Below, one piece after another: positions 13,597 to 24,652 of a DNA stretch of 64,000 bases. Made by a program: the position numbers and the translations under genes. Below the pieces are notes generated by a model. The model saw only the letters and a program-made list of their open reading frames with translations. It was not told where the DNA came from and made no database searches. Within the stretch, counting starts at the first letter, position 1; each line of letters starts with the position of its first letter. Source of the stretch: Haplodiscus bocki (Eukaryota); the NCBI GenBank assembly GCA_965655095.1, contig OZ296653.1, forward strand, positions 96,100,001-96,164,000, in the 5' to 3' direction.

Positions 13597-14160
13597 TCAG
13601 TTGTTGCCGTTGGAAAGAAGTAGCAATCTGGTAGTGAGAAGCATCGCGGAACAGAAAAAAAGTTGTGGGTGATTGTCTTCGAATGAAGAGGAAAACCAGA
13701 TCCACTCTTTGAGGATGTTTGAAAAAACAAGTGCATCCGACTCTGTCACGTGACAGAAGGTTGCATTTTCTAAAAGTCCTCCATAGGATCCTCTTTCTCT
13801 CATTTTTGTTTGTTGCAAATAGTCTGCTGAATCGGCAAAGCGACCTGTGGGTGAAAGCAATTGATTCCTCTCGAAGTTGATACAGTGAATGTTGTCATGA
13901 ATAGTTTGGTGAATAAAGTGTGAGTAATTTTCGGTCAAAGAAAGCATTCTCGAAAAACAATGGAATAAACAATGACCGTCCCCAGTAACATTTTCGAGCT
14001 TTTGCCGAAGTAACGGAGTAAAAGAAATTCTTGCCAATAAATTAACTTGGAGTGGTGCTTCATTGGTGCCTATTTTGTCTGCATCGACGTTCAGATCGAA
14101 AAAGAGGCAGGTTGTAGTGTTGTATAGTTGCTCCTCGTTGTTGAAGGACACTTGTGTCAA
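13597..14160 (-). pseudogene. OTU-like cysteine protease domain of the Helitron-like element
   Basis: NVTGDGHCLFHCFSRML...YLQQTKMRERGSYGGLLE resembles the OTU Cys-box and the WGGxxE motif. Confidence 0.8.
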
Positions 14161-15194
14161 CGAGAAAGAGCTCAGGTGACCTTGACTGTGAATTCTTATC
14201 TAAACGGGTGTTTTATAACCGAGGGTTTTTTATGTTTATATGTTGTTTATCATTGTTAGACTAACCTAAAGTTTCAACCATTTTTGAAGATGGCCCTTCT
14301 TTATTCGGGGTGTTGCCCTAGAAGCAAATTAATCCTTTTTTTTGAACTGGCTTTGGTGTCTAACATTAAATGAGTCTGCGCAAACTTACTTCACTTAATT
14401 GTCGTTGTAGATTGTATTTGAAGTTGATTTCATTCTTATTAGCCAGCTTTCCGCGCATGGCACAGTTATTATGCTCTTTTTCACTAAAATAGGCATTTGT
14501 TTTAGGTTTTTCATATTCTTGTGTTATAAAATTAGGAAAGTATGACTCACCTCTTTCTCATTTGCGTTTTTTCGCTGAAGTTTGGGTGCCATGACTAATC
14601 TCTTATGAAGATATCCTTGCATAAAATCGAAAAATCGTCAGGTATTGTGAATCCCTGCAGGGAATAAAATCTTTTGCGAAGAAACTTCGCTTTAGGAAAA
14701 CAAAATCTCAACGTAACAAGGATGATTTCAAGTGCATACCGAACTGTACGATATGGAACATGGTGTCACATTTATTGAACACTTCGACTATGGTATGAAA
14801 AGATGAAAGGTTGCGTCTATTTTGGTCATTTTGAAATTTTAAGCGGAAGTGAAACTGAATTTTAATAGGTTGCAGAATTTTCCGTTGCGAGGTTCGAAAA
14901 TAGTTAATCATCTTTTTTGAATGTAATTCGTAGTTCCAATTGAGACCATAGTTGCAGAGTATTGCTTCAGCGTAACTTGTGAAACAAAGGGAAAGACAAA
15001 ATATGTGAATTGTTTAAGTGCGTTTTCGTTTAATTTCGAAAATATTAGAATAAAAACTTTGAAAAAGTTGGAAAAAAGTGCATTGTATCTAAACGTCCGT
15101 TTAATTTTATTGGAAGAAATTTTGAAGGCAACTGCCCAACTTTTAACAAGTTATTATCAATACAACTAGCAATGAAGTGTAATTAATAACAGTT

Positions 15195-15810
15195 TCAATA
15201 GAGTAAACGTTCGATTCCATTATTTATCAGACGAGACAGCAGCGAATGACATCCGTCTTTGAGATGCGCAACTTTTTTTTTCAAATGTCGAAGTCTTATA
15301 AAGGTTGCAACGCCAAAGAAACCAAGTCCCAGCGCACCGGCACGTGTTCCATTCACAACGGGAACTTGAAGACAGCCTTTACGAGGCATCAGCAGGTAGA
15401 CAAGGGAAAGCTTGACCAAAGAAGTACAATAATTTGAGACCTCGAAAAGTTCTCGAACTACTCCTCTCCAAATTACAGAAGTTCACAATAGAGGTGTTTT
15501 GCCACGATTACAGTAGTGTGTGATTCTTAGAGGTCTAGGCAAAATTTTAGCTCGACAACTTATGATCTTGTCCGCAGCAGTTTCGCCTGTTCTTCGCTGA
15601 GGGTTTTTTTTGCTGATGATACCTAATATCATTTTCTCAAAGGATAATCAGAAATCCGTCAAAGTGACTATTGAATTTTTGTTCATTAATATCATGAGTT
15701 TTCAGACCACACCGAGGATACAGTTCAACGTTACAAATAATTTCTTAGTGGGGACTCTTGTTACATGGATGTCGCCGATGATTAATATTCGCGTCATTTT
15801 GACTGAGTTA
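15195..15810 (-). pseudogene. SGNH/GDSL hydrolase-like remnant (probable cargo of the rolling-circle element, or an ORF1 esterase of a LINE)
   Basis: Across frameshifts: block I RILIIGD(I)HV, block III FLIIL*ENDI (for GxND) and block V HLKDGCH, in the correct order. Confidence 0.55.
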
Positions 15811-18239
15811 GGAACTCTGAAAAAATGGATATAGTGAAGTTTTCGCGTTTATGCTATTTCGTACACTTTTGAAGGTAGAAAATGTAATTGACAGAAAAGT
15901 GACTTTGGAAGTATTTTTAGACAAGTTTCAAACAAAATTTGAACTCTGCGCATTGAATTTTTCTACAGATATTGATGTTGATATTTTAAAATCTGATATT
16001 TGTGAGCTTTGTGGAAGCGTAGATACATTTTGAAGCCAAATACTGGTAAAACTGTTGAAGGAAGGGTCATTTTGACTACTGAAAGTTGTTTCAAGTTGCC
16101 CGCCGTTCTATATTTGTTTTGCAGTTGAAAATACAACATCTAAAGATTTTCTTAGAAACCAGCCAATTGCTATCAGATGTGTTGGCCGATTCCTCGTGTC
16201 CAACATTTCTGGTTGTTTTAAATGTTTATTTCCACGTCCCATTGCTTTTGATAATCGCAAATTGTTTAGTTTGTTCGATGTTTAAGTTTCTCTTGTTCTT
16301 CAACCGCTCGATTAGTCTTGATGTATTTGTTGAACTTATGCTATCTTGAAATTATGCAATCTTGAAAAATTCTTGCACTTAGGAAGTCTTGAATCTTGGA
16401 ATGTCTTGCCATTTTCTTTGAAGACAGTCCACTGGATTTATAAGCTGAAATAGAAGAATCTTTATGATTACAAGTTTAAAAAAAAAGACGAGACGGCAGC
16501 CAAAAGACAGCATGCAAACAAAGACAAACACTCAGACAAAAAACGAACGAAGAATCAAACAGACAGTTAGCATCAAGAGGTGCACAGAGTTCAGACAAAA
16601 GCGCCAGTAAACGCATGCCAGAAAAGAATAAATTGGAATGCAAAGGCGCAGAGACTATACAACAGTAAATCACACAAAAAACAAACAGACAGGTCAGCAA
16701 ACAACGAAGCGAAACACCCGGAAACGCGAAATCAGAAGCAGAATAGGCATTGAAACATCGTCAGCCAAACGCAAGCGGGGAAGAACCAACCAATCAGACG
16801 ACGAACAACAAATGCAACATACTTCAGAAAAGTGCTGATGAACGACACAAAATTATTAACGAGCGTCAGCGGAGAAGCCACTGGAGAGAAACTTGACTTA
16901 CTGAATATTTAAACTACTGGCAAATTTGCAGAAGTTGACCAGAGAAAAAAACGATAAAATTGTTTCTGAACTTAACAATACAAACGAAGTACTTTAAAAA
17001 ACACAAAACGCTGCAAGGCACTGAACATGAGTCGAACAACCTCTGCAAACATACTCAGCGAAACCACAAAAAAAACCAAGCGATATGGAAAATTAGATGT
17101 TAGTTGTGCTCCAATTTAATCCTTCTGATGTTTGTATATGAAAACAGTTCTGAGAGTTTTTCATAACACATTTTTGAATTGCTCTCAAAATGACCAAAGT
17201 ACCGAAAAAATACCTAACAGAACATATAGGAAGTGAATTAATTAGGCTTGACTTGAAGTAGTTTAGCTTGAAAGTACAGCTTTCCAACCGATCAATTTTG
17301 AAACATGCACATTTACGAAGAACCAAAAATTTTGAAAACTTCGGTCAACTTTACCCATTAAAACTTCTGACAAAAACAACACAAGTTACTTTCTTTTGAT
17401 TTTTTTTGTCAAGAAGCAGTTTTAGCAACTTTGCAGAACCAACTATTGCTCTTAGCTTGCCTCACTTTGCTTCTGCTACCGATGTTATTGAACTCCAATA
17501 CACTGTTTATCATTTCAAAGCCTGGGGCAATATATACAGTGAACTGATATCGATTCATAAAAACTTTTTAAAAGTAGTTGGGAAAACAAAATGTGCTTGC
17601 AAACATGCCAAATGGATTGGCTGGGGGAAATTTTGGCCAAGGGTTGCCCCCTGTGATGGTCACTTTGAAAAAAAGAGCGAAAATGGCAGAGACTCGAGCC
17701 TGACAAAAAATCGACTCAAAATCACCAGTTTCTCGCTAAATTTTTGCCCAAAAATTACACCAAACCCTTGAAAACACGCTTATTGAATTGGTGAACCTAT
17801 TTTTTGTCCCGTGCCCAAGCGCTCCAGACACCCCAGAAAAAGTTATAGGCCCTCAAATTTGAATAACCCGAAAATGGGCCAAAATATTGGTCAAAAATTG
17901 CATTTTGATCAACAAAGACACAAAATTTCTCGAAACTTCATTTGGAATTAGTTCTTAACTCATCAAGTTAGGGCCGCATGCGAAAAATTGGGCGTTTTTG
18001 AAAGGTCAGTTTCGAGATCGTCATTTTTTGGGGTCGAATCGTACAGATAGCAAATAGACAAACAGACCACGCGGGGCCCCTCCCCCTGTGGTGTCAAAAA
18101 TGAAGGTAAAAAATATCCCGGCTACTGAACTAAATTAAGTTGGACAAAAAAGTGGAACAAAGCAAGTCAAAGCAAATGCGAATGTAACAATTGCCCCTAG
18201 CCAGAAGCCAATAAAAAGGATTACTTCACCCTGTATACT

Positions 18240-19200
18240 AATTCTTAAATATTTTGACACTATTGAAAAGATTCAAAAGCTTTGTAATTCAATATTGATG
18301 TTTTTCTTCCTATTGTTGTCTTTACTTGGATGAATTTAATACCTATACTTTATATTTTTTTAATTGCTTCGATGTTTTTTATTGTCAAATTTTTCGATAA
18401 TCTGGATACTTTCTGATATTCTACTTGCGATAAATTGCGGGATAATTTATAGTGAATGATTTTTACTAGGGTTCTTTCTTCCATTTCCTGGTGAAAAGTT
18501 TTACCCATGTTGAGTTATAATACAGTTTTGTTGATGTGGTTTTTGTAGAGTAATTTTCACTGGTGTTCATTATGCTACAGAGAATAATTTACAGATGCGG
18601 TTTGTTGGCGGAACTTTAGCTTGAGAACTTTGCTGCTGAAAGTTGTGAAATGGGATTGCTGAAATCCCAGCTCTAATAATCTCACCTTTCCGAAACTCTA
18701 CTTTGTCTTGTGCACGTTTATCTTTCTGACTTGACTGATATTTCCGTTTTTATATCAAATTCTTCATCTTTTTTTCGCACCTTTTCTTTGCTGACCAAGT
18801 CGTTGCTAGTAGAATTCACCCAGACTTTGTCCGCGCAGTTTAACAAGGCCAATTTACGAGACTAATAACAGTTCAAGTTTCTGAAATTTTCTCAAACAAC
18901 AGCGTAAACGTACGGCTGCACACGCAGCGTAGCAATATTAGCTAAAGCGAACAATAGTAAAGATAAATTTAATCACCCCTACTACGCGCGACAGCCTGAC
19001 GAAGCTAATCCATTTGCCGCGAAACGACTTATCCCGGTCTCAAGGATTTGTAGTTCCCGCGACTTAGCAGATAAGGCCGCTGATTGGATCTCTTTTCCCC
19101 TCCGTTCGCGTAAGTTCAGTTTCCGCCGTGAACGCCCCTTTTCCCTCACTTCTTACTACTCTTTGATTTTTCACCCGCCCATGTAATCCAGCAGCATTAA
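18240..19200. mobile_element. Possible Penelope-like element remnant with hammerhead-like motif
   Basis: Decayed K/N-rich minus-strand coding with SHFTTFSSKVLKLKF, resembling PLE N-termini. CTGACGAAGC...GCGAAAC at 18996-19025. Confidence 0.3.
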
Positions 19201-20229
19201 ATATTGGTATCATCGGGAAGTGTAGTGAATATTTTGGATTTTTTTTGTTGATTTGCCGGGAAGAAAAGGTTTGATGGCAAAAGCTTTAAATTGAAACGTT
19301 TTAATGATGACACTACACTGTCTTGTCTCAAAATGATGGCTTTTTTGCGATGACGCTTGTTAACTAATACTGAAGGATCATGCTGATGACTGGTAAGATG
19401 TAAAAATTTGTCTCTTGGACCCAGAAGTACCAGCGCGGAAGATATTTCAGAAGTTAAACTGAGCTCTTTTAAGCCCGCCTCGCCTCTGCATGTAATGTAT
19501 TTTTAAGCGGATTGAAGGCGCGATTTTTTCTCGAAAAGAAATGACAGTTTAAGCTTTTCGAAATCAAAAGAATTGATATAAGTAAGAGATGCAAAATGTC
19601 TAGATAATAAGGAGTAACTCCTGGGTTTCTCAATAATGCCAAAACAATGAACTTTTCGACCAGGTTGTGCAGGCCTTTTTTTTTAGAAAAATTGCTGACT
19701 GATCTTTTTTTACGGTTTGTTTGAATTTCTCCACGTAAATGAAAAAAAGTCCCATCTAATAATTTTCCAGTCACTGGTCGTGAAATTATCGTTGCTTTTA
19801 CGTCAATTTAAATTGAATCAAATATCGCCCTAGTTAAATGAACTTGAATTTTGTATAAAGGATTTAAAGGTGCTAATTACTTTTACTTCAACTGATTTAA
19901 AATTATGGTATGGACAGGACTTTCAGTTTGCCAGAGAACTATTTTAATTTATTACTTAATGGGAATTAAAGTTTTAGGATTAAGATTTTTTATACCAAGT
20001 GAGTTCAGAAAGACTTTGGTATTGGCAGATTAACATTCCAGTGTCTTCAGGAACAATTCAAAATACAATTTTTGTCGTGAAGGTTTTCTGACGGGACGTA
20101 AAAATTCGTAGGACTTTTTGGTGAAATGTGCAATTTTTCCTTCATTTGTGGTATGTGACCTGTCGTGATTTTATCTTCACTCTGCGTGCCTAAATCACGG
20201 TGAGGGAAGAACTAGCGCTTTTGCTAATC

Positions 20230-22530
20230 AAACCGAGGCAATGTGTAGAAGTCGTCAATGGGATTCCACTTTACACCCCACAGTATCGGTTGCTTGCGCA
20301 TACGCGTCCAAAAAGGCAGGGGTGATCTTTCGAACTCCAGAATTGACTCGTTGAAGGAAAAATTGCTGGAGGTTCACTTGGTGACATTGAAACCACCGGA
20401 TGCTAAAACTGTTCGCAGGTCTTTGGGGAGAGCCAATGCCTCCTCAATTGTATCAGTTGTCACATAGATGTCATCTATATGGATATGGAGGCCAACAAGA
20501 TTGGGAAGATCAGAATAGCTCTTCTTGTTATCCTCCGTACATTGATGGACAGCATAGCAAGCAACACATGGCGAGTTAGTAGCACTAAAATTGTGGCGTG
20601 TGTTTTCATGATCTTGCCACAAGCACCGCAATAGAACGCCGATCGGCACTTGGAACTGAAACCTGCAGAAAGATAGCCTATATATCAGTGGATATATATC
20701 AGAGTAAATCAGGGCCTTTCGCAAGTAAGTCTTAGAGTTCAATGGAACACCTTGGTCGGCGGTTGGTGACTCGACGTTTTTTGCCAGGCTCATTGACTTT
20801 CATCACTGGCCGATGTGGTAGACACCACACATCTTTGCGCTTCGTCGCTGATTGTGGGACAACCGAAACGTAACCTTTGCAATGCCCGTTGCTATTGATT
20901 TTTTATACAGAAACGCGAGGTCTGACTTCTTGGCCAGTTTGTGCTCTTGGAAAAACATTTGTTTCTTAGCGAGCCATTTTTTGTTAGGCAGAGAAATATT
21001 GCTTTCCCAAGAAGACCGACTTCTTAATGGCCATATACGAGTGTTGTTTCCCCAATCGACAGGGCCTGTATCTTCAGCGCACAAACTCTCTTTACAACTG
21101 GAGATCCCGGAGCAGTAAATCTGCATCCATTCCTTGAGTTGTTGAAAGAAAGCATCATCACGTTTCCATTTTGTAGTGCGTGGGTGGCGGAAGTTGTCAA
21201 AAGTCTCGAACGCCCTGTAACTGTCCAACCGAGCTTTGTCAACATAGGGTTTGAATGGGTGGCCGGCCAATCACAATATGACTGTTAATGAGGTCAGGTT
21301 TGTCCGATCCGAGCAGTGGACGAATGTTATTTTCTGGGCGATGCGGAAAAGTCACGTGTTCCAAATATGTGTACTTTTGACAAAATGAATTAACGGGGTT
21401 AGGTTTGAATGGCTGGAAATTCAACGTTGGAGCAGCCAGAATTTGAATAAAGGTACCTTCTTTGCTGATTTATAATCCGAGATTGTCAAGTTGAGTGACG
21501 TTACAGCAACAGATGATGTCGACTTCACACCTTCACTTATGACTGAAGTAGATTCCGGCAGTTTGTGAACAAAGGACCAAGATTGTTGCAGTAACCAAAA
21601 AGTCGGAGCTCCCTGTGTCGGGAAGTCCGAAAACGTCAACGCTATTGTTTACTGACGAGGATTACAGGAAACATCTATTCAGTCGCCTGTCAAAATGCCG
21701 GTTTTGCAAATGAAATGGAGTAGAAGATAGTACTGATTACCCTAATGACACTGCGAGTTGACGCACTCCGAGTGTCTCAAAAAGAAATCAGTCGATAGCG
21801 TCTAATCAAGTTTGAATTATGGATTGGCAATGGAGTTTTTGCTTCTTAGTTGCGCGGTGTCTCTTGAGGAGCACAAGGGTGCTGTGCTGATGTTTGATGA
21901 TAATGCCTAGAAGGTGGGTATCCAGACTGTTTGAACGGTGAACGAATTTCGAAGAACGGGTGGTGAAAGAATTTTTTTGCACAGATAATAACTTGTTCTT
22001 GCCGTCTAGGTTTACAATTTTTGTTGTTCAACAGTTCTTTGTAGATATTAGGGCTCCTCTCTTGCTGGAGGTAAACAATTGCTAAAATTCGGTCGCGAAA
22101 TTGGACGAGAAGCAAGTAATTGTTCGTTTAGAAGAGGGCTGTAATTGTTGCTGTGTTCTTGGGAAAGACTTACTGACTGATGACGTCGTGCCAAATTAAA
22201 ATTTGTTCCTGCTGGCTATGGGACCATGATGTAACAGATTTTGTGGGACTTCAAAGCGGAACTGGGAGCAAGGATTAGAACTGAGGCCTCTCTGTGCGAA
22301 GGAATTGTTTGCAGGTGTCTTGTTCTTTAATTTTAAAAAGTGTATGATATGGTAACCTCGCAAAAAAATGGTGGCACACAAAAATTTCGATGTCAAATCT
22401 AGTATTTGGGAATAGAAAGTTTTTGCTTCTACACTACAATAGATCTTTTGAGAAATTTCTGCATTAGTTTGGAGAAAGTTGAATGTCAAGGAAAATCAGT
22501 AATAAATTTGAGGCAAAGTTTGGGTTATCA
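20230..22530 (-). mobile_element. Decayed BEL/Pao LTR retrotransposon gag-protease-RT fragment
   Basis: LTKLGWTVTG; YLEHVTFP...LLGSD; RT FSATNSPCVACYAVHQC...HIDDIYVTTDTIEEA...LASGGFNVTK. No LTRs recognised. Confidence 0.8.
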
Positions 22531-23384
22531 GATTAAATAATTGGTCCAAAATAAGATGACACAAGTAAATTATTTCACCAAAATAATTTCTTGTACAGGC
22601 TCTTCATATATATTGCTAGTTGGACTGTTTCAGCATTATCAGAAGAGACCTGATACCACCAGCGAGACGCCCTTGTCGGTGCTGTCCGTGACGTTTGAAT
22701 TGTGTCACAGGGATTTTACAATAATTGGGACTTTCTCAGGAAGCAAAATGCTACGGAATGGCTTCGAGCAAAAATGAGCGTGCCGTATCGTGCATAATTT
22801 TTTGGAGATGCCTGAACTTTTTCGGGGGGATTTAAATTTGGGGTTTTCGGCATCTCGATCTCGCTAGACCGTCGAGGCGCGTTTTCCTTTCGTTACGTTT
22901 TGCTTTCGTTTTGTGGGCTGTTAGTAGTGAACAAAGAAGTCTTTGTAGTTGATAACAACCTAGGAGGGTTAAAGTCAGTGTCGCTTGCAAGGCTCAGCAT
23001 ACTTTAAGCTCGGGGTGGACTGTTGGGAAAATTTGCGGGACATATTTGAGGAGGTGTGACAAAAAAATTGAACTGAATCGCAAGTTTTTTTTCAATAATA
23101 GGTAGGTTTTTGGTCCATTTTTCGGCATAACATCTGAAAAACATGGCTTACTCTGGCAATCAAACCTGCGATCTGTGGAATTGCTGGATTTGTAGTGGCG
23201 ATGTATCACAAAAATTTTGGACCAGCGGTCAATTTTTTCGAAAGTATATGATTTTTTGGTATAGTTTTCGGTATAAAATGGAAAAAATATTTAACCACTA
23301 CGCTAGGGGATTACCAAATGATCAAGAAAATGTTTTTATTATAGTGGTTCTTTAGCAGTGAGGGTGAATAGAAAAAGGAGCCGT

Positions 23385-23975
23385 TGTAATAGTTGGACAT
23401 TTTATTTATAAAACGCCGACTTTTTGAGATTCCTGAATTCAGCGCATCTGAGGACACTATCTATTCTACTAGAATTCACTAGAACAGATGTCAATACGCT
23501 GAGAATATAAAACATCAGTCTTTGTGCTGGTCGGCGTTTTGCGAAGTAATGTAATTTCACGTTTTGTTTTCATATTCGATTCATCAATCAGCTACAAACA
23601 AACTAAAGATCGTTATGTCTTCATTCCCGGTGGAGCCATTTCAGTCTGTCCAACACATTTCATTGCGTCAAGCGCTGATAAACGCGCAAACGGCCTGACC
23701 AAATCTGCAGCACTATCGCAAGCTTCATCAGATATTTGCTTCTTCGCCAAGCTAGAACCAAAACTTAGCGGTAGAAAACGAGTTCTTCGATAACAGAACA
23801 ACGCCCAATGCAGACGAGTTCATTGTGGGCGAAACAACCAATGGCATTTGGGACGGTCGGTTCATCAAATGTGCTTCGACGTCAAGGTTTTCAATCCTCT
23901 CGTAAAGTGATTTGCAAACGAATTCAAGGAGGCCTTAACCTTTCAGACCTCAATGTACCAAGATTTGGCGTAATT
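23385..23975 (+). mobile_element. Decayed 3' end of a CRE-like non-LTR retrotransposon (zinc knuckle + restriction-like endonuclease)
   Basis: Across frames: EKGA..SW, EPFQSVQH/HCVKR, LEPKL, NGIWDGRF, CFDVKVFNP. This resembles the CRE-clade pattern EKGASSWL...H..C..GG...RH...EP.L...G.W...FDV.VFNP. Confidence 0.55.
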
Positions 23976-24490
23976 AACTTAATTAGGCCTGTTTACTGCG
24001 GCGTAAAAGTTTAAAATTTTTGACATTCAACCAATGGCTCACTTCTCGGAGTCACTGAAGCACTGCGAAACAATTGCAGCGAGATCATGCTTCTATATCA
24101 CAGGAGAAATGTTTTAATTTTGGTAATTTTTGAAAAATCCTTCCACAGAAAACCAATTTTTTGAATTGACAAATATTTGTTGACAAATTTCGGAAACTAG
24201 GAGGATTCGAAACTTATAATTACGTACAAAAAACAGTTCACATTGCAAAATATTTTTGACTCTTCTTCGAATAGTTCAAACATGAAAAGCACTGCAATTT
24301 GTTTTCAGTCTTAATTCTAAATAGACTTTATTCAGTGCAAAATCTCTTCGATTTTATAGTTTGAGACGTTTTCAACACATGAGAGCTTCTCATGTAATAG
24401 CGTTTAACTGCAAACATTCGAATTTCTTATTTTGTAAAATAATTTCAGAATTGAAATGATGATGGAAATTTAGAATTCGATGATGAGGAG

Positions 24491-24652
24491 ATGTCTTCCA
24501 GGGACCCAAACTCAAACATGTCTAACATTTCACCTTCAGACAGCACACCTATCCTCAACAAAACAAACAACCCATGGCAAATCCTGTCAAACTCCGATTT
24601 GGCGGAACCCAAGGGATCAATCACCTTAACGGGAAAACAGCAACAGCCAGGA
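24491..24652 (+). CDS. TRRAP: TRRAP putative exon 1 (MSSRDPNSNMSNISPSDSTP...QQQPG)
   Basis: Acceptor-like tttcag ends at 24448 and an in-frame TGA lies upstream of the ATG at 24491. Open to donor gtgggt (24653, phase 0) or gtaaaa (24657, phase 1). No homology support. Confidence 0.4.

Larger units (their letters stand above)
6760..14160 (-). mobile_element. Decayed Helitron-like rolling-circle transposon RepHel polyprotein (OTU - Rep - Pif1 helicase - GIY-YIG-like)
   Basis: Minus-strand motifs occur in the expected order. OTU GDGHCLF...YGGLLE (13750-13990). Rep motif 1-like TFPLTC (~10440-10460). HUH motif WR*EF*ATEGNLPDIHCLF (10178-10237). Motif 3 ARYIAKNA (9661-9690). Pif1 Walker A SGTGKS (~8316-8333), VVQEVGML, GGVLVSGNGDPKQLCPP (~7955-8005), GAPMKITRN, YPLKPFEASTIHKCIG (~7205-7255). 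Many stops and frameshifts. Confidence 0.88.

Noticed and set aside
17100-18235. Tc1/mariner-like element ending in caccctgta
   Set aside because: I could not find the matching left TIR (tacagggtg) or any transposase motif.
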